Shown one piece after another: positions 10,641 through 22,859 of a stretch of DNA of 64,000 nt. This stretch comes from Sporopachydermia quercuum (lineage: Eukaryota). The stretch is taken from NCBI GenBank assembly GCA_001599295.1, contig BCGN01000009.1:186001-250000 (forward strand). Direction: 5' to 3'. The position numbers were made by a program, and so were the translations under genes. Below the pieces are notes generated by a model. That model did not search any database. It worked only from the letters and a program-made list of their open reading frames with translations, and was not told the origin of the DNA. Every line of letters starts with the position of its first letter. Position 1 is the first letter of the stretch.

Positions 10641-12197
10641 GTTTGATACTGATGATAGAGTGATAGAATAGATGCTTGTGTATCTAGGATCAACAACCGC
10701 GGTAGGTATTTGCTCAGTTGATACGACGTGTGGAGTCCTCTTCACGACCAAGCGAACACCAACAGTGAAAATAAATGTGATTGAAGCAAAGAATCAGCAA
10801 ATGCTACTGAATAGTGAATAGTGTGTGCCTCCCACAAGTTTAATGCAAATGAACTCTACAATCGTTTTCGACTGTTGTGACTTGGCATTCTCAGCTTTCA
10901 CTTGGGATTCAAACAGCTTTCAAATCACCAACTTACACGATGTGTGTATATATATTGAGTTAAATAGTTTAAATGTAATGCAGATTTGTAGATATCACTG
11001 GCATTCATACAAGAAAATAACGTAAGAGCTGACTGAACTGTCAGCAGAATAAGGTTCTAAAATTTTCCATTTTGTATGGATTTGCCATTAAGGAAATAGA
11101 GTTTTGTGTGGGTGAGTAGCATACAGGAAGATGCATAAGAGAGGGAGGAGGATGTATGGAGGCAAATAAGGGATAGATGTATGGTAAAACAAAGGAAATA
11201 ACGGAGTGCAGAAGTAGGAAAATTAGGATTCTGTTTTTGGGCGTTGAGCGGATAAATAAATAATTTTGAGAGAATTATGGTGATAGTAAGCCAGGACTTT
11301 CGGGTAGCTAGTCATAGATTCTGTAAGTAAGTAAGAGATAGTCTGAAATGTATGCATGATAATGCAATGCGGTAAATATGTTGAACCTTATTTAAGCATG
11401 ATGAAAAATTGGAAAAAAGTGTCTACAATTTCGGTGTTTCCGACATTACTACTAGCTACAAAGTATATATATATTTGGGTATAAGGATATGTGAATATTC
11501 AAGGCTATACGTGATCCAACTGTATGTAGAAGTAGGTATTGTCGATAGATAGGTTGCATTGCCATGGCTAAATGCCCAAGGTACGCGATTCATACTGAAT
11601 TGGTTGAACAGCCAAACCGCTCTTGAGAGATAAAGGGAATGCATAAAGCTATCTTGCGATTCCTTTAATATTTTCTTTTCCCATATGCTAGTATCGTATT
11701 TGAAGGCTCAGGAAATCATACAGTATACCATCTGCAACAAAAAATCATCGAACATCGGTCTAGAAGCTAAGCTAAGTTACTATCTATATATCTCTGCAGT
11801 CATAGCGTAGATAGTTGTGCATTGTTCGAAATAAAGGTACTCAATAACATCTTCATGAAAGGAGGCTCCTAACTTTCAACTTAAAGGATTGTGAGCCACG
11901 AATACTGTTCATAGCTAATAAACAACCTAGCATCAGTTGCAAAGAGATGGAGCATTATGATCCACGATGAAATTATGATCCTAAAATGCCGTGACAATTG
12001 ATTGGTAAAACCAATATATCAATACCGTACATGTTCCTCTAGCATGGTTATCTCAGACTTTTTATATAGCCAATGATACGGTTTCTCACAAGAATGCCAA
12101 TAAAAGAATAGCTACTGAGCTATTCGTATCAACAAACTAGCACAACCACCTCCCAACTAGAATTTTCAGTAACCTCCACATATGTCCTACTTGCACA

Positions 12198-12392
12198 TTA
12201 TCTTGACCTATTACCCAATATTCTTTCTTGCTTGGACTCGTTGTGTTTAGCATTGGATTCATGAATTCCTATCTTTTCTGATCCATTTTCTCTTGCTTTC
12301 TCTTTCAGTTCTCTTTCCTTCAACTTCTGGTCATCAAATTCCAGCACATCTTCTGCTGATAATTTTAGAACTGTGGCTGGTCGTCTGAGCAT
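12198..12392 (-). CDS. CDC26: Anaphase-promoting complex subunit Cdc26 (64 aa)
   Basis: MLRRPATVLKLSAEDVLEFDD matches the Cdc26/APC12 N-terminal signature (M-x-RR-x-P/A-T-x-L-x-L-S-x-x-D). ATG at 12392. Confidence 0.8.
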   Translation of the reverse strand: MLRRPATVLKLSAEDVLEFDDQKLKERELKEKARENGSEKIGIHESNAKHNESKQERILGNRSR

Positions 12393-13102
12393 CCTGCAAA
12401 TAGGCGTGGATAATGTATTTATTGTCAGGTATCGTAAGTACGATAAAACAGACCGTTCTCTGTATTGTTGAGTAATCAGAAACCGAGTACAGGCAGGCGA
12501 GTCAAACACTGGCGAAACACGGACGAATCTCTAGCCTTAGGCATATAACAAATAGTTTTTTCCTACTTTCGCCTACAGTATGGACAATTTCCATAAATTG
12601 CATACATACAGAACATTATTCATGTAACATTGTTCCGCTCTTCCTTCAGTTATAACATAGAAGAAGGAACCGGACGGATATCATTGCATTGATAAGAACA
12701 AAACCACCATTCGTGTGATACAAACAAACGATACAGTAAACACATCACGTCTCACTTCATAAGCAACCAAACCACGTGATAACGATAATTTGTCTTACAA
12801 ATCTCCCCCATGCTGTTTTTTCGTGTTTGTAAACTTCTATCCTAACCTATCAATGAATAGTTTCGTGTCGCGTATCTTGTTAATTCCGATATAGATGAGA
12901 AACCTTTTACATTTGCTGATTAAGAAAAGTATTTTCAGATCAATTGATATGAAAAGGGGATTAAACTCTCGTTGGTAGCTGCTTGGTAGAAAATTGTATT
13001 CAGATTGATCATTATTGAGCCAATTTCATTAGTTACTGTTCTCTATGATAGATAGTATAGACCTATCACCAACTAATACTCTCTCTATACTACGTGTTTA
13101 TT

Positions 13103-16100
13103 ATGCCGTCAGTAGATAATAACAGTATCAATATGGATCAAAATACTGAAGATGAACATAGCGATAAAATATCTAGTTCTACATTAAGAAGATCAACACG
13201 ACTGCTAGGCCAACAGAGAGAAACTGAAGCTCACAACGGTAAGTTCTAGATACAACAGTTCAATATGAGAATATGATAATACCAAGCATAATTATAAGTA
13301 TATCAAAGTAAGGATAAGATCTAATACTAACATTTTTTGATTATTTTAGAGCCTGAAGAGGAGAATGAAGAAATAGAAGTTGACGAAGAAGAAGCGGAAG
13401 AAGAATTAGAAAGCACAGGCGAAGCCGACTATGATAGTGAAGAAGATGACGATGTGACATATGGAGCTAAACGGAGGAAACAAACAAAAGGATCGAAAGC
13501 TAAGCGTGCGAGAAACCAATCAAAGAAATCTAAGAAGAAGGAGAGTTTGATAGTGCCTGAGAAAACTGAAAACTATCTTTTCGATGCTATCGCTGAAGGT
13601 GATGCTGCTTTCTCTGAATTAGCCGCCTCTTGGTTGGAAAACTACGAAGAAAATGAAATCGAATCTTTAAAAGATCTGCTTAATTTTGTACTGAAATGCT
13701 GTGGTTGTGAAGTTCTATTAGAAAGCCATGACATTGAGAATATTGATTCTGCAGCAGATACGTTAGCAGAGATACAGATTCTATTCAATAAGCAGGCTGT
13801 CTATGAATTCCCATTGTCATCTAAGCTTCCTGCAATGAAAGGTTTCAAAGATAGAGTAAGCGAATTCATTGATCAATTGATAATAGTTGCAGCCCAGAAG
13901 GGTACTCTTTATGATAATGCTTCATTTATGGAAAACGTTGAAACGTGGATTTCAACAATATCAACATCAAATTTAAGGCCTTTACGATACACATCTACCA
14001 TAATATTACTTAGGATTTTACTCAGCTGTTGTGAACAGCTGGCAAGGATTAATAAAGCAATGGAAAGGACCACGAAGCAACAGCAACAGCAATCAGCTAC
14101 AGCAAAGAAATCAAAGAAAATGCAACAACATTATGAAAAGCTTCTTCAGGAACAAGAGTCTCAAATTGAAACTTTGGATAACTTCGTTAGAGACATAATT
14201 GATACAACCTTCATTCATCGTTATAGAGATGTCGATCCGAAAATCAGAACAGAATGTATGAAATCATTGGGTAAACTAATGGATATTTATCCTGACTATT
14301 TTTTTGATGGTCAGTACTTAAGATACTTTGGTTGGGTACTTTCTGATCCTAATGCTGTTACAAGATTGGAGGTAGTAAGAAGCTTAGCAAGACTTTACAA
14401 GAAGCAAGAAATAGTAGTTGGGTTCAGACATTTCACTGAAAGGTTCAAATCACGAATGATTGAGATGGCTTTACTGGACTCTGATTCTAATGTTAGACTA
14501 CATATACTGAATGTATTGATCACGATCAGATCTCTAGGGTTTTTAGAGGACGAAGATTGTTTCAAAGTGCTACGTTTGCTGTTTGATGTTGATGCTAAAA
14601 TCAGAATAGAAGCAGCTAGATTTTTTGCTGACCATGTTAATGAACTATACGAAGAGCTGAAATCAAAACTAGGTAATTTTACGTCTGCCAAAGGTGCTGA
14701 AGGCATTTCTGATTTTATGTTGCAGTTCAAGCTTATTGGGGAAGTCTTGGCAATAGTTTCCAATGAAACTAACGAGGAAAACAATAATCAACGGACATTT
14801 GAATCTGTTTTGAAGGAGATCGATGATTTGAATGACCCAGCTGACAGCCAATTTCAACGGATCAGAGTACTGGCTCCTGCTTTATATTCAGCAGTTGGTA
14901 TAATGAAGAACTGTGAAGAGCTAGTTAAATATCTTCTACTAGATTTCACAAAATACGAGTCAGTTCGGCTGCCGAAACAAACAATGGCCATCCTTGAAAC
15001 AATCAAGCTTGAGCCTGAAGAAGAAAGCGTTTTAATCCATTTACTAGCAGGTATTTATCCTATTTATGTAAACGATGTTAGTTCCAATGCTACCAAGAAC
15101 ACGAACAATACGGCCCCGAAAGCTCTAGCTTCATCTGTTAACAATAGTGATACAGGTGACAAAAATGCAGAACCAGAAGCTGAAGATAGTGCTAAAACAA
15201 ATAATGAAGCAGACAATATGAATAGTACCACAAATCAATCTAAAGAGGATCTGGTGATGAATTTTCCTAGACTAGTATCAAAGTTCCTATCTTCGCAATC
15301 CTGTTTTGCTGGAATCCTTTCATTATTCTGCTCAATTGACTTACAGGAGTATCAAAACGCAGGTCGGGAAACAACTTTTGAAGAGATAATCACTAAGATC
15401 TTTCACGAGTTTATATCTCTATCAACCAACGCAGTCATCTCTCTGTCCAAAAGCTTTACCTCCTTTTTGAATAAATTAGTAGAATCAACCCTTTTCCCTG
15501 ACATCATTAACACCAAAGTTGATGAATATCTCAACACATTGATATCATCATTGAGAAGACAGATCCTTATTGACAATAATGGCAACATCAAAACTTTCGG
15601 CGGTATAGAAGATGTACCCTGTGATGAGACCACTGAGTTGTTAACAAAACTGTTGATTATGGGAACAGTAGTGGATATATCAAAGGGGCTGATATTTGAA
15701 GCTGTTGATGGAAAGCACGAGCAGAGCTCTGGTAATGAAACTACTGTTATAACACAATTGCTGAATGTATTGCAGATCATGTCTTCTGAAACGAGCAGCG
15801 AGGATGCTTCGAGATACAATGAGCTTGCTATTCAAACAGTACGACTTCTATTTTCGTATATAAGCTGGCTATTTGAGAATGCTATTCAGCATAAAATAAC
15901 TGAGAGCAAACTGAGAGTTTTGAAAGAATTCTCTTTCTCCAGTCTAATAACGGTTCTTACTCAGGTTATTGAAAGNACCATAGATTCTGCCTTGAAACTT
16001 GAAACGACAATGGTCTTATCAGATCTACTAACGAGTCAAGTTGTTACTGTCGCTAAAATAAAAGAGTCAGCCGAAGGTGAGAGTTTTGACCTTGATCTGC

Positions 16101-16480
16101 TTACTATAGCAGATTCATTAGATGACAATGTTCAAAAGATAATAATGAAACTGTTCTTGGAACAAGAAGCTAAATATGCTGGACTGACCAATGTTCTTCT
16201 TGATAGAGATGAGGAGGAAGATGTGTATGAAATACCAGAGGAAATTTCTGCTAGCCAGGCTTTACCGTCAGAAGTTAAGAAAGCAGATACCTGGAAACAG
16301 GAGATATTGTTATGTAGATTAGCATTGAAGATCAAAGCCCTATACAAAGCCGGGTTACTTGAGGATGAATATGCTGCGAGACTAGAGTTGAACGTTGAGA
16401 AATTAGGGAATCTTTATAAGACGCTGATTACTGCAACAGATTCTCCAATTGTTCCTGCAGCAGAGCCAACATTCACCTGA
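13103..16480 (+). CDS. IRR1: Cohesin subunit Scc3/Irr1 (STAG); exons 13103-13238, 13350-16480
   Basis: STAG/SCD motifs (FIHRYRDVDPKIRTEC, YLRYFGWVLSD, FTERFKSRMIEMA). A GTAAGT...TACTAAC...TAG intron joins in frame an exon encoding LRRSTR, like the Scc3 N-terminus. Confidence 0.94.
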
Positions 16481-17016
16481 TCATTCAAGGATTAGGCTGC
16501 CTTGAATGGTTGCCTCGAGGTGGTTGATAGGAAGTGGAGATAGGAAGCGAAGTCTTAGATTGCTGCACGATCTGAAAGTTGATACTACTAGTGTAGATTT
16601 ATGTACTTTTATATGATATTATGAGAATTTTCAGCTTAATATACTTTGATAATGTAGTGCTAGTAGTCAATCAACAGAGCAATATATGTAATAATGAGAC
16701 CATTATGTAAAACTGGGGTATTATACATTACATGTAAAACAGACACCATATATGCACTATATGCATGATTATGCATTCGAATATATTATCAAATTACTGA
16801 TGATATAATCAAAAATCCTCAATTTGACTTTCCATTTCGATCTTTCTTGTATCACCATTGATGTGAAGTAAATCACTGTGCAAGAGGAACAGCGATGAGT
16901 TATTGATGAAGAATAGGTCCTTTTTTGCTATTTAACTACTAAAAATGTTAGTAGCAGCTTGAATTTACTTGAATTCAGACAGAGGTTCATTTTAGTAGTA
17001 ACATTGGTCTGTCAAA

Positions 17017-17610
17017 ATGAATAGCACATCATTATTTTTACTGACGATATCGCTCGTCTTATTATTTCATAGTGGGTGGTCTTCGATGGAAATATGGAAA
17101 ACATCACATTTCATGTCAGAGGATAGATTAACGAGATCAGGTCTACTAGATCTTCCGTTAGATGTATGATATTTTTTTATGATGGGTGCAGAATTGTGCT
17201 AAGCTTGTTTGGAAGGATTGCAGTGTTGCTGCTATAGATTGAACATTGAAAGCTAACAATCAATCATATAGATCAAAATAGAGACACTAGTTGCTTTGTT
17301 TATCTTCTGTGTTGGTGCTGTATTTCTGATTTCCGACAGCCCAGCGTCAAAAGATCCATATGATATCACCAGTGTAAAGGAACTGAAACCAATTATTCTC
17401 AGAAAAGCATTGACTCATGATGAGAAGTATGGATTTGGGTATGTTAATTTTACTGTTTAATACTGGAAGATCAATTTACTAACAAAACCCAACAGAATTT
17501 ATTCTGGTCTNGAAACTAGACCTATTTTCATGGACGTCTTAAAGAAGCGAGCAGAATATGCTGCTTGGGAGAAGAAATCATTAGCAGGTATCAAGGAGAA
17601 GGCTATATAG
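17017..17610 (+). CDS. EMC5: ER membrane protein complex subunit 5 (142 aa); exons 17017-17163, 17272-17438, 17496-17610
   Basis: Not in the ORF track. The spliced product MNSTSLFLLTISLVLLFHSGWSSME...LPLD|IKIETLVALFIFCVGA...LETRPIFMDVLKKRAEYAAW matches Emc5/MMGT motifs. Introns are GTATGA..GCTAAC..TAG and GTATGT..TACTAAC..CAG. It lies next to IRR1, as in S. cerevisiae. Confidence 0.9.
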
Positions 17611-18238
17611 AGAAGCTGTCTATACCAGAGATTCAATTGCGTGTTATGAAGTTAGTGTGAATTTCTCAGCTTATATGTTAGAATTTTGATTGAAATAACC
17701 TGACTCCATTGTGAGCATCTATTGATCAGCAGATGATTTGTAGATAGCCAATAGCCATATTACATCCATAGTGTTTGATTGAGACACGCAATTCGAACTG
17801 CACTGTTTACGGTAATACAACTTGAGTGTAATAGAATTCTAATATTTGCTTTTATATCCTGCTAGAATAGATTTGTAATAGATATTTCACATAGTATTTA
17901 TACCAGTGTCTCATAGCACATCTATGTATGAAAGAATTAATTTTGATTTTTATAGAACAACATGGCCATACTGTTACCTATTACAAAAGCCACGTGATCT
18001 TTCATGTGACATAGTAATATTTAACATTTAACTATATTTCTACTTGTACCTTTCATATATATACTATTTACCGTGCTGATTATTTACTCTCATTCTTTTC
18101 TTTCTAATTAATAATAGTAAGAAGGATAAGAATGGAAAGAATGGAAAAGAGCAAGAATTCAATATAATTCTTCATTACTTTTTAAATTCACTTCAATTAC
18201 TGAATGATATACGATCAGACCAAAAAATTTGTAAGAAA

Positions 18239-18319
18239 GGCACTATGGCCGAGCGGTTAAGGCGAAAGATTAGAAATCTTTTGGGATTTCCCGCGCAGGT
18301 TCGAGTCCTGCTGGTGTCG
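18239..18319 (+). tRNA. tRNA-Ser(AGA), intronless
   Basis: Acceptor stem GGCACTA/TGGTGTC, D arm TGGCCGAGCGGTTAAGGC, anticodon arm AAAGA-TT-AGA-AA-TCTTT, long variable arm GGGATTTCCC, B box GGTTCGAGTCC and a downstream T tract. Confidence 0.96.
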
Positions 18320-18845
18320 TCATTTGTTTTTTTTCTATTTTCTATTTTGTATATCTTTTACTATTTTTACTATTTTTTTTTTTAATTTTTTTATTTCCAT
18401 ATTTAAAAGTACTCTCCCATTGTTTCTGTTAAATTTACTTTCAATTAAAGATATAAAAAACAAGCTTATTTAGTATCATCTTTATACTCATTATCTATTT
18501 ACTATAAACAACTTGAGTGATCTGATTGTTTTTGTTTCCAATTGTGTTGACATGACTCTACATTCTCTTTGTTTGATATTTTGTTGAATCATCAGTATCT
18601 TCTTTTTCTATAGATTAGAATTTTTATATGCTACTTTCGCAATCCTCGCCTTTGTCGAAATCTATACTTCTTTGACTTGTAAAATACAATTAGATCTATT
18701 ATGGGAGGAGCTCTCAGATGAATAGTATAGTATGGTTACTCCATGTAAAGAGAATTCAGTTATGTGATGCTAATTTAACAAAAGAAAATGAAAAACAATA
18801 ATCCAATATACAATGGAAATGAGAAGATAATTCTATTCCTTAGTA

Positions 18846-20206
18846 TTACCAATCTCCCCAACTTTCTTCTTTCTTTACTTTGGATCCAAAACCATCTAAC
18901 TTTGACTTCTCCTTTGGTCTGCTTATTCCAAATGCGGGTTTCTTAGTAACATCTTCATCTCCCAAGCCGAAGCTTTTTTCATCCTCCAAACCTAGATCAT
19001 CAAATAGCTTCGTGAATTTACTAGAACTTTCAGATTGCGATGTACTGGAACGAGTATTTCCCGCCACTTCCTCTCTCAGCAAACTACCGGTTTCTTGAAC
19101 CTTGGCTCCGAATTGAAGAACAGCCTTTTTAGCGTTTTGACCAAATTCACCTTCAGACAAATTCTTGACATTTGGCTTAATATACACTTCATTAACTTCT
19201 TCCACTTGCTTTGAAACAGATGATGCAAAAACACTCCAACCTTTAGTTAAAGTACCTAATGGATTCTTCTGGAACTCCTCAAGACTTATAGAAGGAGTGG
19301 AACTCCCTTGTGGGCCAGGTGTGGAACCAAAACCAACAAATTTACCTCCTTGAGAAGGTGGAACACCTTCTGGAAGTGCTTCATTTCTCTTACCCAACTC
19401 AGCAAAGTATTGTTCATTCTTTGCTCTTTGACTGGCCGATGAAGAAATAGGTGTTGATCTACCAGAGCCAGCAGGAGAGGCTCTATTTGAACTGGAAAGA
19501 AGTTTCTTGGGTGCAACTGTTGGACCAGTAACTGAAGCAGAGCTTGAGTCAGTTTCAACTTGAGAGCGTGGTTTTCTAACCCACTCAACTCCTTCCACTA
19601 AAGCAGATAACTTCTCTTTATAGTCTTCAGCAATACGATTGTTATATTTCTTAGGAATAGGTAAACTCGTATCCAAACCTTCACTTTCAAAAAATTCTCT
19701 ACAGTTTTTATTTCCACCTAGTTCCATTCTTTTTAGTTCTTCAGGTTTGAATTGATCCATTGTGATAGATCTAACAAAAGATATATGAACTCCCAATCCT
19801 CTGCACAAGCAAATTGTTTGTTAATAATTAGACTGGTATAAGGTAAATCATAGCGAAAATCAGATGCGTCACCTCTTCTAGATCAAATCATACCTATGAG
19901 CACCTGCGCATTCTAAGCAGATGAAAATACCAAACTTTGGCGAAGCCCATTGAGGATTTGGAGCACTACAGTCGAAGCATTTCCTATTCTCCCCATCTTT
20001 TTGAAGAACCTGATACTTTGGTTAGATCGATCTAAGATAACTCGATACAACAAAGACACGACAGCTGCACATCAATACACAAAAATATCCAATGTTTTAT
20101 CAAATTATTCATGGCTTCTATCGAGCTTTTCATATATTTTCCATTTATTTAAACATACTAAAAGCCTTCTCCTGTTATCAGGATCAACGGTCCAATCAGC
20201 TCCCAT
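18846..20206 (-). CDS. GCS1: ADP-ribosylation factor GTPase-activating protein; exons 20206-20159, 20009-19894, 19800-18846
   Basis: The spliced N-terminus MGADWTVDPDNRRRLL|VLQKDGENRKCFDCSAPNPQWASPKFGIFICLECAGAHR|GLGVHISFVRSITMDQFK is an ArfGAP zinc finger. The protein ends in WGDW. Confidence 0.95.
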
Positions 20207-21653
20207 GCTGTACCCTTCGTTAAAACTTCGTCTGTATTGAGATTGAAGGATAAGTCATCAATCAAAGAGCTACCCTTGATTACACTGCTCCAAAGAAAAG
20301 TAAGAGGAAAAAGATATAATATAGACGACTATATGAGGTTTGCTTCTCACGAATAGAATCACAATCGCAATCGATCGATCAGCTTCAATCTCGTGATGCG
20401 TTTACAAACTCCCATTCGAAAAAAACAGCGTCGTGTTTGCTTCATGGCCGTCCGGATTGGTAATAATTTGATTCTGACATTTTGTGTTCGGACATTGTAC
20501 TTTATAGGACACTTGACTCGGACAAAATTTACACTATCTGCATTCTAACCAATAAAGGTTTCATCTCGGGACAATGTTGTATGTCCGACACAGATGATTA
20601 AATTCATCTGCGCGGCGAGCAGGAAATCGGAAAAGATAAAGGAAGAGAATAATCGGAGAACATAAAGTCACGCGATCTAAATAACCTCCGAAATTCTTTC
20701 AGCCGAGGTCACCATAATAAATGANAATGGAATCGGTAACTGAGCAAGCAAGCGTCACACACCATTGAACATGCTGTTTGGATGTTAAATACCCAAACAA
20801 TAAGTGATTTTTTTTTTTCATTCAGGGGTATTACCTTTACTTCACAATAGACATGATTATTATCGGATACTCAAAAAGTACTAGATCCCTTTCTTCCCTT
20901 TCTAACTGCACGCTCACATGCCAATTCTCATCACCTGGAACTTCGGTATATTTTTCAGGCTCTTTCCCAGGTAAGTATCATGTCAGTTCCCTATCTCTGA
21001 TCTATTAGAGGCATAATTATCTAGCTCCCACAAATAGACTAATATTTCTTTACATATAAACGTCCTATTCAAAGAAAGATCTCTCATTTTCAAGTTTTTC
21101 CCTCATTTTCCTTCCTATAAAAATGCCTTTATTGTTGTAATCTACGGTTTCTCCTTCAGTCTCTCCGACTTCCCCTAACGAGATGTGGAGAAAATGTATG
21201 TGATTCCTGTCAGTACATTTATTTTATACTTAAGATTACTCCAAAATCCTAAAATCCTAAAAACCTATAAATAATAGGAATCCCCGCGTTTGCTGTTGTA
21301 TCGAAGTGATGATTATCAACTGCTATTTATTATATACAATAGAAGAGCATCTAGCAAATATAAATAACTGCTGGAAATATGATGTATCTGGCTTTATTGT
21401 CCTGAGAAACATTTGTTGACAACAGAAGCATTTTGGTAATTTTATGTAAGTATCAGTAAATGTGCAATGAGGGTGAATAGGTGCTAGGTAGACCAATTGA
21501 TGGCTACACTGTATTGACAATCAGGTGGGCTCTATCCTCGTTGCATATAAAAGTATCAAGAGTTGATAAATCAGCAAGAAGCCGTATTTTCTAACTAGAT
21601 AGTATAGTTTACAACGGCGAGCAGAGTTAAGCTTATTGGAACATTCACTCACA

Positions 21654-22523
21654 ATGGTTTCTACATTATCATCGGAATACATCGCCAAAGGCCCATTCAA
21701 GGCTGACATCTTCAAAGGCAAAGTAGTCTTTGTCACTGGAGGAGCTGGCACAATTTGCAGAGTTCAAGCTGAAGCCATGATTCTATTAGGAGCCAATGCC
21801 GCAATCATAGGCAGAAATGAAGAGAAAACCAAAGATGCAGCTAAAGAGCTGCAAGAACTAAGACCAGGAGCAAAAGTCATAGGTCTTGGTAATGTCGACG
21901 TTCGCGAGATTAAGTCATTAGTTCAAGCTGTTGATATAACAGTCAAAGAGCTAGGTAGAATTGATTATGTTATAGCTGGAGCAGCAGGAAACTTCCTTTC
22001 GGATTTTAACCATTTATCAGCAAATGCTTTCAAATCAGTCATCTCTATTGACTTATTAGGATCATTTAATACCGTTAAAGCATGCTATGAACAGCTAAGA
22101 GCTAACAAAGGAAGTGTTATCTTCGTATCAGCTACATTACATTACTATGGTGTTCCTTTGCAAAGTCACGTTGGAGCGGCTAAGGCAGGCATTGACGCTC
22201 TGTCGCAAGCATTAGCGGTCGAATTAGGTCCTATTGGTATCAGATTCAATTGCATTGCTCCTGGATCTATTGGGGGAACTGAAGGAATGAAACGTTTGGC
22301 GACTGAATCAGATGATGCTATAACCAGACGAATTCCTCTACAAAGAATGGGTAGAACCCAAGATATAGCTGATGCTACAGTTTTTTTGTTCTCTCCTGCT
22401 GCTAGTTATATCACTGGTACTGTTGTTGTTGTTGATGGTGGTTTATGGCACATGGGAGCGATGACTGCTGCTATATACCCTGATTTACTTATAAAAGGAG
22501 CTAAAGAGCCTTCGAAGTTATAA
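21654..22523 (+). CDS. SPS19: Peroxisomal 2,4-dienoyl-CoA reductase
   Basis: SDR fold (VFVTGGAGTIC, AGAAGNF, HVGAAKAGIDAL, NCIAPG) with a C-terminal PTS1 SKL. First ATG at 21654. Confidence 0.94.
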   Translation: MVSTLSSEYIAKGPFKADIFKGKVVFVTGGAGTICRVQAEAMILLGANAAIIGRNEEKTKDAAKELQELRPGAKVIGLGNVDVREIKSLVQAVDITVKELGRIDYVIAGAAGNFLSDFNHLSANAFKSVISIDLLGSFNTVKACYEQLRANKGSVIFVSATLHYYGVPLQSHVGAAKAGIDALSQALAVELGPIGIRFNCIAPGSIGGTEGMKRLATESDDAITRRIPLQRMGRTQDIADATVFLFSPAASYITGTVVVVDGGLWHMGAMTAAIYPDLLIKGAKEPSKL

Positions 22524-22859
22524 TGAACCAGAAAAACAGTCATTGGATATTGCTTAGTTATATTATTGTTAGTTCTAACAAAGACGCATTATATGACATG
22601 AATCACGTACGATTGACCGTAAATATAGAAAAACATGTTCCAGCCTGATAATTAATCCTTCAGTAATGTAATCATTTATCTCAGAACTGCATTACCTTGA
22701 TGTTCTATTAATTTAAATACATATTTCTTGTCTCTTCATACTAATAACAAATCATTATACACATTTAAGCCGGTTTTCAGCATCCAACTGCATGCACTAC
22801 AAGTATCCACTAGAAAGAATCTATACCATCCTTCTTCTCTATATAACATGATTGAATGA

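Noticed and set aside
17113..17170. F-box-like LLDLPLDV peptide
   Set aside because: It is the LPxD motif at the end of EMC5 exon 1 running into the intron donor.
17985..18085. Point-centromere-like layout: CACGTG/CATGTGAC, an AT-rich stretch, then CCG
   Set aside because: The CDEI-like motifs face the wrong way and the CCG lacks the CDEIII TTCCGAA context. More likely Cbf1-type sites in AT-rich DNA upstream of a tRNA.
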